DNA of 39,809 bases from Actinomycetes bacterium (GCA_025455945.1 JALOLN010000001.1:1-39809); one strand, 5' to 3'; numbered from the stretch's first letter, positions 23,653-31,165 are shown. Notes: a model not told the origin generated them from the sequence alone. Translations and numbers: made by a program.

Positions 23653-23658
23653 TAGGAT
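23653..23658 (+). promoter_or_regulatory. candidate -10 hexamer TAGGAT for a leaderless DUF2510-AIM24 transcript
   Basis: The sequence reads TAGGAT-GCCGCC-ATG. The hexamer fits the actinobacterial TANNNT / TAGRRT -10 consensus and lies 6 nt before the ATG. There is no purine-rich Shine-Dalgarno. Confidence 0.35.
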
Positions 23659-23664
23659 GCCGCC

Positions 23665-24513
23665 ATGACGATCCCCGACGCAGGGTGGTACCCCGACCCC
23701 GCCGGCACCGCCCAGCTGCGCTACTGGGACGGGGGTGCCTGGACCGAGCACACCGCACCCCAGCAGACCCCCGCGACCGACCCGGCGCCGTCCCCTGCCC
23801 CGCCGGCGGCCGCCGGTGACGGGCCGGCCGGGATCCCCCCGTCTCTGCGCAGTTCGACGCTGTTCGCCAGCGAGAACTTCGAGGCGGCGACCACCGGGCG
23901 GATGACCCGGCAGAACCGGTCGGTGGTCAAGGCGACCCTCGGCCCGCCCCTGTTCGTCAGCCGGGGCGCCATGATCGCCTTCCAGGGGGACGTGACGTTC
24001 GCCTACCAGGGCGCCGGTGCCAAGCGCTTCCTCAAGTCGGCCATGACCGGCGAGGGCGTGAAGCTCATGCGGTGCGAGGGCCGCGGCGAGCTCTTCGTCG
24101 CGAGGCACGGGCGGGCCCTGCACCTGCTCGACCTCGGGCCCGGCGAGCGGCTGTCGGTGTCGTCGAGCGCGCTGCTCGGGTTCGACGCCACGGTCGGTTG
24201 GGACATCGAGATGATCAAGGGTGGGATCGGCGGGATGGCCGCCGGCGGACTGTTCAACGTCACCCTCACCGGCCCGGGCACCGTGGTCCTCGCCACCGAC
24301 TACCCCGTCGTCCTCAACACCTCGGAGGCCCGCACCCTCGTCGACCCCAACGCCGCGGTGGCCTGGTCCGCCGGGCTCACGATCACCACCCGGTCCTCGA
24401 TGAGCGCGGGTGCCCTCGTCGGCCGGGGGTCGGGCGAGGCGTTCCAGCTGGAGTTCTCCCCCGGTGGGTTCGTCGTCGTCGAGCCCGAGCCCTTCACCAT
24501 CGGCGCCGGCTGA
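23665..24513 (+). CDS. DUF2510 - AIM24 (DUF124/TIGR00266) fusion protein
   Basis: The N-terminal GWYPDPAGTAQLRYWDGGAWTEHT is the DUF2510 signature. A Pro/Ala linker follows, then about 200 aa resembling AIM24-family proteins (GAMIAFQGDVTF...GEGVKLMRCEGRGELFVA...). Confidence 0.8.
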   Translation: MTIPDAGWYPDPAGTAQLRYWDGGAWTEHTAPQQTPATDPAPSPAPPAAAGDGPAGIPPSLRSSTLFASENFEAATTGRMTRQNRSVVKATLGPPLFVSRGAMIAFQGDVTFAYQGAGAKRFLKSAMTGEGVKLMRCEGRGELFVARHGRALHLLDLGPGERLSVSSSALLGFDATVGWDIEMIKGGIGGMAAGGLFNVTLTGPGTVVLATDYPVVLNTSEARTLVDPNAAVAWSAGLTITTRSSMSAGALVGRGSGEAFQLEFSPGGFVVVEPEPFTIGAG

Positions 24514-25232
24514 TGCTCGCCGACACCGAGGTGGAGCGGATCCTGGCCGTGACCGCCCACCCCGACGACATCGACTTCGGCGCCGGGGGCACCGTGGCCA
24601 CCTGGACGGCGGCCGGCATCGAGGTCGTCTACGCCGTCGTCACCAACGGGGACGCCGGCGGGTTCGACCCGGACGTGCCCCGCGAGGAGATCCCCCGCAT
24701 CCGGCAGGAGGAGCAGCGCGCGGCCGCGGCCTGCCTCGGGGTGCGCGACGTCCGGTTCCTCAACTACGTCGACGGCGAGCTGACCGTGAGCCACGACCTG
24801 CGCCGCGACATCTCCCGGGTGATCCGCCAGGTGCGACCGCAGCGGATGCTCGTCCAGTCGCCGGAGCGCAACTGGCAGCGGATCGCCGCCTCGCACCCGG
24901 ACCACCTCGCCGCGGGGGAGGCAGCCCTGCAGGCCGTCTACCCGGACGCCCGCAACCCGTTCGCCCACCAGTCGCTGCTGCGCGACGAGGGCCTGGCCGA
25001 GTGGACCGTCCCGGAGGTGTGGGTCATGGCCGGGCCGCAGCCGGACCACTGGGTGGACGTGACCGCCACCTTCGACCGCAAGGTCGCCGCGCTGCGGGCG
25101 CACGTGTCGCAGACCGCGCACATGGACGACCTCGAGGGGATGCTGCGCGAGTGGCTCGGCCGGCAGGCCCAGGCCGCCGGGCTGCCCGAGGGCCGGCTCG
25201 CCGAGGCCTTCCACGTCGTCTCGACGGCCTGA
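24513..25232 (+). CDS. PIG-L/LmbE-family N-acetylglucosaminyl deacetylase
   Basis: The 239-aa ORF has AHPDDIDFGAGG and HPDH metal-site motifs. Its ATG shares one base with the upstream TGA (TGATG). Confidence 0.85.
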   Translation: MLADTEVERILAVTAHPDDIDFGAGGTVATWTAAGIEVVYAVVTNGDAGGFDPDVPREEIPRIRQEEQRAAAACLGVRDVRFLNYVDGELTVSHDLRRDISRVIRQVRPQRMLVQSPERNWQRIAASHPDHLAAGEAALQAVYPDARNPFAHQSLLRDEGLAEWTVPEVWVMAGPQPDHWVDVTATFDRKVAALRAHVSQTAHMDDLEGMLREWLGRQAQAAGLPEGRLAEAFHVVSTA

Positions 25233-25300
25233 CCCGCCCCTCCCCTCCCCCGCATCAAGGGTCCCTTGATGCCGATAGATCGCCGTCAGGCGCCCTTCAC
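25233..25300 (+). repeat. intergenic repeat element, copy A (C-tract, 9-bp hairpin, conserved 26-mer)
   Basis: The element starts at the first base after the TGA of the PIG-L gene. It reads CCCGCCCCTCCCCTCCCCC, then the hairpin GCATCAAGG-GTC-CCTTGATGC (25252-25272), then ATAGATCGCCGTCAGGCGCCCTTCAC (25275-25300). Positions 25252-25300 match the reverse complement of 32504-32552 at 44 of 49 positions, ungapped. Confidence 0.8.
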
Positions 25301-25311
25301 GGCCGACGCGA

Positions 25312-25665
25312 TCAGGTCCAGAAGACGGCCACGACGACGTTGAGCAGGGTGAGACCGCCGATCGCCGCCCACACACCGGTGCTCACCGACGCCTTCTTCC
25401 GGTTCACCCAGACCAGGCCCAGCACGACGACGAGCACGAGGAGCTTGACGCCGACCTTCGCGTGGTCGACCGGCGCACCGTCGTCCGCCATGGCCTCGAG
25501 TACGCCGACCAGCGCCAGGCCGGTGACCAGCTGGGTGAGTGCCCCGTCGACCATGGCGCGGTTGACGACCTTCTCCGCCGCGGGGATCTGGACGAGGAAC
25601 CCGCCGAGCAGGCTGGCCAGCCCGACGAAGTGGACGACGACGAGGGCGTGCTCGAGGAACTCCAT
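25312..25665 (-). CDS. small 4-TM membrane protein, unknown function
   Basis: The 117 aa start at MEFLEHALVVVHF and contain four hydrophobic helices with high GC3. A TAGGGT hexamer lies 7 nt upstream of the ATG with no Shine-Dalgarno, so the transcript may be leaderless. Confidence 0.6.
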   Translation of the reverse strand: MEFLEHALVVVHFVGLASLLGGFLVQIPAAEKVVNRAMVDGALTQLVTGLALVGVLEAMADDGAPVDHAKVGVKLLVLVVVLGLVWVNRKKASVSTGVWAAIGGLTLLNVVVAVFWT

Positions 25666-25672
25666 GACGACA

Positions 25673-25682
25673 ACCCTAGGCT
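25673..25682. promoter_or_regulatory. palindromic ACCCTAGGCT giving back-to-back -10-like hexamers (TAGGGT minus strand, TAGGCT plus strand)
   Basis: On the minus strand, TAGGGT-TGTCGTC-ATG points to a leaderless 117-aa membrane protein gene. On the plus strand, TAGGCT lies 81 nt upstream of the HtrA ATG. Confidence 0.35.
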
Positions 25683-25763
25683 CCCCCGACCGGGCCGCCG
25701 CTCTCAGGAAGGTCCAAGCCCGTACACAGCAAACGCACAGGAAGCCTGGGGAGTGTCGAGGAC

Positions 25764-26957
25764 ATGAGTGACCCCACCGCACCCACGACAGCCGACCCCG
25801 TGAGCCCCACGGCCACCCAACCGTTCTGGCTGCCCGAGCAGCAGCAGGAGCCCGTGCCGCCGGCCGGCCGGGCAGCGGGGCCCGCTCCGGGCCGGGGGGG
25901 CACGGTCGCGCTCGTGCTGGCGACCGCACTCCTCGCCGGCGGCGTGGGCGGGGGCATCGGCGTCTGGGCGGCCGGGCAGGACGACGGGACGACGGCCGCC
26001 ATCGGCTCGACGACGCCGTCGACCACCACGCGGACCGTGCTCCTGCCGGACTCCTCGATCGAGAAGGTCGCGGCCGACGTGCTGCCGTCGGTGGTGTCCA
26101 TCCAGGTGCGGGCGGGCCAGTCCAGCGGGTCCGGCTCCGGCGTCATCCTGTCCGCGGACGGCCTGGTGCTCACCAACAACCACGTCGTCGAGGCGGCGGC
26201 GTCCGGCGGCAGTCTCACCGTCACCCTGCAGGACGGCCGCTCCTTCGACGCCACCCTCGTCGGCCGGGACCCCGGTTCCGACCTGGCCGTGATCCGCGCC
26301 ACCGACGCCAGCGGTCTCGACGCGGCGAAGCTGGGCAGCTCCGCCGACCTCGTCGTCGGCCAGACCGTCGTGGCGATCGGCTCCCCGCTGGGGCTCTCCG
26401 GGACCGTGACGTCGGGGATCGTCAGCGCGAAGAACCGCCCGGTCGTCACCGACTCCGACGCGACCGGCGAGGGTGCCGTCCTCGACGCGATCCAGACCGA
26501 CGCCGCGATCAACCCGGGCAACTCCGGCGGCGCCCTCGTCAACCTGCAGGGGGAGGTCGTCGGGATCAACTCGGCCATCGCCACGCTGAGCAGCGGCGGT
26601 GGCCAGTCGGGCTCCATCGGGCTGGGCTTCGCCATCCCGATCGACCAGGCCAAGCGGATCGCCGACGAGATCCTCGAGTCCGGCACGGCCAGCCGCGCGC
26701 AGCTAGGCGTGACCGTGGGCGACGCGGAGGGCGGCGGTGCGCGGATCGGCGAGGTCACCTCCGGTGGCGCGGCCGACCGCGCCGGGCTGCGCAGCGGCGA
26801 CGTCGTGCGCACGTTCGGCGACCGGGTCATCGACTCCGCCGACGCCCTCGTCGCAGCCGTCCGCTCCGCCACCCCGGGTGCTGGCGTGCCGGTGACCTAC
26901 GAGCGGGACGGCACCACCGCGACCGTCACCGTCACCCTGGGGTCGGTCCAGGGCTGA
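25764..26957 (+). CDS. HtrA/PepD-like S1C serine protease with C-terminal PDZ domain, membrane-anchored
   Basis: Catalytic His (LTNNHVV), Asp (DLAVIR) and Ser (GNSGGALV) are present. There is an N-terminal TM helix and a PDZ segment (GARIGEVTSGGAADRAGLRSGDVV). Confidence 0.9.
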   Translation: MSDPTAPTTADPVSPTATQPFWLPEQQQEPVPPAGRAAGPAPGRGGTVALVLATALLAGGVGGGIGVWAAGQDDGTTAAIGSTTPSTTTRTVLLPDSSIEKVAADVLPSVVSIQVRAGQSSGSGSGVILSADGLVLTNNHVVEAAASGGSLTVTLQDGRSFDATLVGRDPGSDLAVIRATDASGLDAAKLGSSADLVVGQTVVAIGSPLGLSGTVTSGIVSAKNRPVVTDSDATGEGAVLDAIQTDAAINPGNSGGALVNLQGEVVGINSAIATLSSGGGQSGSIGLGFAIPIDQAKRIADEILESGTASRAQLGVTVGDAEGGGARIGEVTSGGAADRAGLRSGDVVRTFGDRVIDSADALVAAVRSATPGAGVPVTYERDGTTATVTVTLGSVQG

Positions 26958-26975
26958 CCCACGGGGCTGCCACGG

Positions 26976-27443
26976 TCAGTTCTGCTCGGCGCCACCGGTG
27001 ACGAGGTCCTCGAGCAGCTGCTGCACCTGCTCACCGACGGCGGGGTCCTCGACCAGCTCGCCGAGCTCCTCGCCGATGTCCCCGGGAACCTGCTCCCGGA
27101 TCCTCGACCCGAGCTCGTCGGCAAGGCCGCGGCGCAACGCACCGGCCAGGCCGTCGTCCGCCGCCCCGGACTCCGGGTCGGCCGGACCACCCGCTGCGTC
27201 GGGGACGTCGGGTGCGCCGGCCTCGACCCCGCCGGGGCCGGCAGTTGTCGGGTCCGCCGGCGCGGGGGCACCCGCCCGGCTCACCCCGACCCCGACCGCG
27301 ACCCCACCCACCAGGGCGGCGGCGACCGCCGCCCAGACCACCGGCTGACGCCACGTCGACCGTGGCCGTGCCGGCTCCGTCGCAGCCGGCAGCGGGACGA
27401 TGAGGGTGTCGTGCTGGACGTCGGGGCCGGACTGATCGCTCAT
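26976..27443 (-). CDS. hypothetical single-pass membrane protein with Pro/Ala/Gly-rich linker and acidic helical C-terminus
   Basis: The 155 aa start at MSDQSGP (ATG 27443), with a GAGGAGAG Shine-Dalgarno upstream and one TM helix (VVWAAVAAALVGGVAVGVGV). I recognise no family. It lies downstream of the kinase-regulator pair on the same strand. Confidence 0.5.
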   Translation of the reverse strand: MSDQSGPDVQHDTLIVPLPAATEPARPRSTWRQPVVWAAVAAALVGGVAVGVGVSRAGAPAPADPTTAGPGGVEAGAPDVPDAAGGPADPESGAADDGLAGALRRGLADELGSRIREQVPGDIGEELGELVEDPAVGEQVQQLLEDLVTGGAEQN

Positions 27444-27549
27444 GGAGCGGCTCTCCTCACGAGGGCACGGGGGACCCACCGCGGGCTCCCGGTCACGATG
27501 CTGCGACGGATCGACCGCCGCTGCGGTTCCCGCGCCGCCGCCGGGCGGG

Positions 27550-28239
27550 TCACACCAGCCGCCGGTCGGTCGCCCAGCGGGTGAGCTCGTGGCGGTTGGA
27601 CAGCTGGAGCTTGCGCAGCACGGCCGAGACGTGGGTCTCCACCGTCTTCACCGAGATGAACAGCTCCTTGGCGACCTCCTTGTACGCGTACCCCCGCGCG
27701 ATCAGCCGCAGCACCTCGCGCTCCCGCTGGGTGAGCCGGTCCAGCTCCTCGTCCACGACGGGTACCTCCGGGGACCCGGCGAAGGCGTCGAGCACGAACC
27801 CGGCGAGGCGCGAGGAGAAGACGGCGTCCCCGTCGGCGACCCGGTGGATCGCGTCCGCGAGTTCAGGCCCGGTGATCGACTTCGTGACGTAGCCGCGGGC
27901 CCCGGCGCGGATCACCCCGATGACGTCCTCGGCCGCGTCGCTCACCGACAGCGCCAGGAAGCGGGCATCCACGCCCTGGGCGGCCACCCGCCGCACGACG
28001 TCGGCCCCGTTGCCCCCTGGCAGGTGGATGTCGAGCAGGACGACGTCGGGGCGGGTGGCCACCACCACGGCCACCGCCTGGTCGACGTCCTCGGCCTCAC
28101 CGACGACGTCGACGGCGCGGCCGAGCTCGGTCCGCACCCCCGTCCGGAACATGCGGTGGTCGTCCACGAGCACCACGGTGGGCACCCGCGGCTGGTCCGC
28201 GTGGTCCGGCTGGTCCGGCTGGTCCGGTCGCTCGCTCAC
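27550..28239 (-). CDS. NarL/LuxR-family two-component response regulator
   Basis: A receiver domain (VVLVDDHRMFRTG...DVVLLDIHLPGG) is followed by a LuxR HTH (LTQREREVLRLIARGYAYKEVAKELFISVKTVETH). The GTG at 28239 overlaps the kinase stop (GTGA). Confidence 0.92.
   Translation of the reverse strand: MSERPDQPDQPDHADQPRVPTVVLVDDHRMFRTGVRTELGRAVDVVGEAEDVDQAVAVVVATRPDVVLLDIHLPGGNGADVVRRVAAQGVDARFLALSVSDAAEDVIGVIRAGARGYVTKSITGPELADAIHRVADGDAVFSSRLAGFVLDAFAGSPEVPVVDEELDRLTQREREVLRLIARGYAYKEVAKELFISVKTVETHVSAVLRKLQLSNRHELTRWATDRRLV
28191..28226 (-). repeat. in-frame 9-nt tandem repeat (4 copies) in the N-terminal extension of the response regulator
   Basis: The plus strand reads GCTGGTCCG, CGTGGTCCG, GCTGGTCCG, GCTGGTCCG. 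On the coding strand this encodes PDQ-PDQ-PDH-ADQ, just before the receiver domain. Confidence 0.85.
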
Positions 28240-29546
28240 GTGTCCTCCCGTGCCATCGTCAGCCGCACCTCGGTGCCCTCCCCGGGGACCGAGCGGATCT
28301 GCGCCCGGCCGCCGTTGCGCACCATCCGTCCCACGATCGACTGTCGGACCCCGAGCCGGTCGGCCGGCACCGTCTCGGGGTCGAAGCCCGGCCCGCGGTC
28401 GCGGACGAACACCGTCGCCTGGTCCGGCTCGACCTCGGCGTAGACCGAGACCGGACCGCCCGCTCCGGCGTGCCGAGCCGCATTGAGCATCGCCTCACGC
28501 GCCGCCTGCAGCAGGGCGCCGAGCCGCTCGTCGACGGCGGCGTCCCCGACGACGACGACGTCCAGCGGGGTGCTGTGGGTCTCCTCCACGTCGGCCGCCG
28601 CCGCCTCCAGCGCCGCGCGGAACGTCGTGGGGTCGCGGTCACCCGGCTCGTACAGCCAGCGGCGCAGCGCGCGCTCCTCCGCGCGGGCGAGCCGGGCCAC
28701 CTCCCGGGGGTCGGCGGCGCTGCGCTGGATGAGCGTGAGCGTCTGCAGCACCGAGTCGTGCACGTGGGCGGCGAGCTCGGCCCGCTCCTGTGAGCGCACC
28801 CGCTCGCGCCGCTCGTCGGCCAGGTCGCGGGCGCTGCGCACCAGCCACGGGCCGAGCACGAGGGCGACCCCTGCGAGGACGACGAGGGCCCCGGCCACGC
28901 CGGCCAGCGCCGCCTGGAAGCCGCCCTGGGCCGCGAGCACCGCGCCCGCGCCGACGACGACGAGCGCCACGCCCGCCGCGACTCGGACCCAGGCCTGCGC
29001 ACCGGTCGACGCGGCGGTGACGGTCGCGGTGGCGCGCCACCGCGACCGCTGGGTGTCGTCGGCCACGCGCCACAGGACCGCGACCCCCACCGCGAGGACG
29101 ACGAGCGGGACGGCGACCCCCCGCCCGGGCAGCACCCCCGCCTGCTGCAGGAGCAGCACGCCCCCCGCCGCGACGGCGCCGAGGGCGAGCAGCGGCGCGA
29201 GGGTGCTCCCCAGCCCCTCCGGCTCGGTCGGCGCGGCCGGCTCTGCCCGCCCTGCCCGCTCGCCCGTCGCCGTGCCGGCCGGCGCGGTCCCGGCCTCCGC
29301 CGACCCATCCCGCGGGTCGCGGGCCAGGGGAACCAGCGCCCAGAACGCCGCGTAGGCGACCAGCCCCGCCCCACCGCTGAAGGCCAGCAGCACGAAGCCC
29401 AGCCGGACCAGCCAGGTGTCCACGCCCAGGTGCTCAGCCAGCCCGCTGGCGACGCCCGCCACCAGCCGGCCCTCGGTCGCCCGACGCAGCGGGGGCCGGG
29501 ACACCGCCGGGCCGGGGGTGGGTGCCGAGGTGGTCACGGGCTTCAT
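28236..29546 (-). CDS. sensor histidine kinase with N-terminal PspC domain
   Basis: The 436 aa start at MKPVTTS (ATG 29546). A PspC domain (PPLRRATEGRLVAGVASGLAEHLGVDTWLVRLGFV) is followed by several TM helices, an H-box (AAHVHDSVLQTLTLIQ) and an HATPase_c domain (VRDRGPGFDP...GEGTEVRLTM). Confidence 0.88.
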   Translation of the reverse strand: MKPVTTSAPTPGPAVSRPPLRRATEGRLVAGVASGLAEHLGVDTWLVRLGFVLLAFSGGAGLVAYAAFWALVPLARDPRDGSAEAGTAPAGTATGERAGRAEPAAPTEPEGLGSTLAPLLALGAVAAGGVLLLQQAGVLPGRGVAVPLVVLAVGVAVLWRVADDTQRSRWRATATVTAASTGAQAWVRVAAGVALVVVGAGAVLAAQGGFQAALAGVAGALVVLAGVALVLGPWLVRSARDLADERRERVRSQERAELAAHVHDSVLQTLTLIQRSAADPREVARLARAEERALRRWLYEPGDRDPTTFRAALEAAAADVEETHSTPLDVVVVGDAAVDERLGALLQAAREAMLNAARHAGAGGPVSVYAEVEPDQATVFVRDRGPGFDPETVPADRLGVRQSIVGRMVRNGGRAQIRSVPGEGTEVRLTMAREDT

Positions 29547-29548
29547 GG

Positions 29549-29685
29549 TGCCCTCATCGTCGCCGATCGGCCGGGGTCCGGGCATCGGGTGCCGACCCTG
29601 GTCGGGGTCAGGGTCCGACCAGGGTCCGCTCGGGGCCGGCGCAGGATCCGCCGGTCGCCTCCCGGGTCGCACGATGAGGGCATGA
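29549..29685. promoter_or_regulatory. divergent control region of the PspC-kinase and PspC/LiaF-like genes, with nested inverted repeats
   Basis: A 12-nt perfect inverted repeat, TGCCCTCATCGT (29549-29560) and ACGATGAGGGCA (29671-29682), abuts both start codons. An inner 11-bp inverted repeat pairs GACCCTGGTCG (29594-29604) with CGACCAGGGTC (29616-29626). The heptamer CAGGGTC occurs three times: 29594-29600 (inverted), 29609-29615 and 29620-29626. Confidence 0.5.
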
Positions 29686-30977
29686 GCGAGAACACGCAGT
29701 CCTACGGGCCCCCCGGCCCGGACGCCGTCCCGCCGACGGCCTCACCGTCCGCACCACCGCCCCCTCCCCCGGCCGCGCCGGCCGTCCCGCGGCCCCCGCT
29801 GCGCCGCAGCCGCACCGACCGCAAGGTCGCCGGTGTGTGCGGCGGGCTGGCCGCCTACCTGGGCATCGACCCGGTCATCCTGCGGGTCGTCGCCGTCGTG
29901 CTCGCCGTGTTCGGCGGGTCGGGGCTGCTGCTCTACGCCGTCGGCTGGCTGCTGGTGCCCGAGGAGGGCACCGACACCAGCGAGGGGCAGCGGTTCATCG
30001 ACCGCAACGGCCTCGGCGTCGGCATCGTCGTCGCCGTCCTCGCGGTGATCCTGCTGCTGGGCGTCGGTGGCGGGCTGGCCGGCGGCTGGTGGTTCGGCGG
30101 CGGCCCGGACGTCTGGCCGCTGCTGGTCATCGGCGGCATCGGCTTCGCCGTCTGGTTCGTCGCCCGGGACCGGAACACCCGGGTCCAGGCCGCGCCGCCC
30201 TCACCCCCGGCCCCGAGCGGGCCATCCCCCAGTACGGAGAACGCCATGCCCTACGCCCCTCCTGCCGCGTCGGACGCCACGCTTCCCGGCACGCCGCTCG
30301 ATGCCCCCTACGCGGCACCGCCCGCACCCCCGCTGCCGGCACCGCCGCCGCCCGCACCGAAGCCCCGGTCGGTGCTGGGTCTGCTCACGGTCTCGGTCGC
30401 GGCCATCGTCGCCGGCGTCCTCGTCGCCTTGGACCTCACCGGCGAGTGGGACGTCGACCCGGTCGTGCTGCTCGCCGTCCTCACCGGCCTGGTGGGGCTC
30501 GGACTCGTCGTCGGGGCGTTCGTCGGCCGGTCCCGGGGGCTGATCGCGCTCGGCGTGGTCCTCGCCCTGTGCACGGCCGGGGCGGCGGCGATCCCCGGAC
30601 AGGTGTCCCGCAGCGCCGGCGACGTCGTGTGGGCGCCCGCGACGCTGGCTCAGCTGGAGCCGTCGTACGAGTGGGGTGCCGGCAACGTCACCCTCGACCT
30701 GAGCGACGTCCAGCTCGACGGCCGCCGCCGGGTCACGGTCGACCTCGGCGCGGGGGAGCTGTCGGTCCTGCTGCCCCCGGACGTCACCGCCGAGGTGTCG
30801 GCGAGCACCGGGGTCGGCAGCATCGTCGTGCCCGAGGCGGGCATCAACGAGGGCGGGCTCGGACGCGACATCGAGACCATCCTGACCCCTGCCGCCGGCA
30901 CCGAGCCGGCCGGCACCTACGTCCTCGACCTCAACGTCGGACTCGGAGAGCTGGAGGTGCGCCGTGCAGCGTCATGA
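29682..30977 (+). CDS. PspC domain membrane protein with LiaF-like C-terminal region
   Basis: The 431 aa start at MSENTQSYG. A Pro-rich N-terminus is followed by a PspC domain (PPLRRSRTDRKVAGVCGGLAAYLGIDPVILRVV) and multiple TM helices. The C-terminal region (GAGELSVLLPPDVTAEVSASTGVGSIVVPE) resembles the LiaF/DUF2154 fold. Confidence 0.8.
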   Translation: MSENTQSYGPPGPDAVPPTASPSAPPPPPPAAPAVPRPPLRRSRTDRKVAGVCGGLAAYLGIDPVILRVVAVVLAVFGGSGLLLYAVGWLLVPEEGTDTSEGQRFIDRNGLGVGIVVAVLAVILLLGVGGGLAGGWWFGGGPDVWPLLVIGGIGFAVWFVARDRNTRVQAAPPSPPAPSGPSPSTENAMPYAPPAASDATLPGTPLDAPYAAPPAPPLPAPPPPAPKPRSVLGLLTVSVAAIVAGVLVALDLTGEWDVDPVVLLAVLTGLVGLGLVVGAFVGRSRGLIALGVVLALCTAGAAAIPGQVSRSAGDVVWAPATLAQLEPSYEWGAGNVTLDLSDVQLDGRRRVTVDLGAGELSVLLPPDVTAEVSASTGVGSIVVPEAGINEGGLGRDIETILTPAAGTEPAGTYVLDLNVGLGELEVRRAAS

Positions 30978-31149
30978 CCTCGACCTGACCTCGCTGGTCG
31001 CTGGGCTGGTGTTCGTCGCCATCGCCGTCGCCTACCTGGTCGGCGCGCTCACCGACGTCCGGGTCGACGGCGCCTGGGTGCTGCCGCTCGGCCTCATCGG
31101 GCTCGGCGTGGCCGGGCTGGCCGGGTCGGTGGCCCGCGCCCGTCGCTGA
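30964..31149 (+). CDS. small two-TM membrane protein (61 aa)
   Basis: The GTG start has a GGAGG Shine-Dalgarno 6 nt upstream. GC3 is almost 100%, and there are two hydrophobic helices. The ORF overlaps the end of the PspC/LiaF-like gene by 14 nt. Confidence 0.55.
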   Translation: MQRHDLDLTSLVAGLVFVAIAVAYLVGALTDVRVDGAWVLPLGLIGLGVAGLAGSVARARR

Positions 31150-31165
31150 CCCCTGGCCCCGACGT

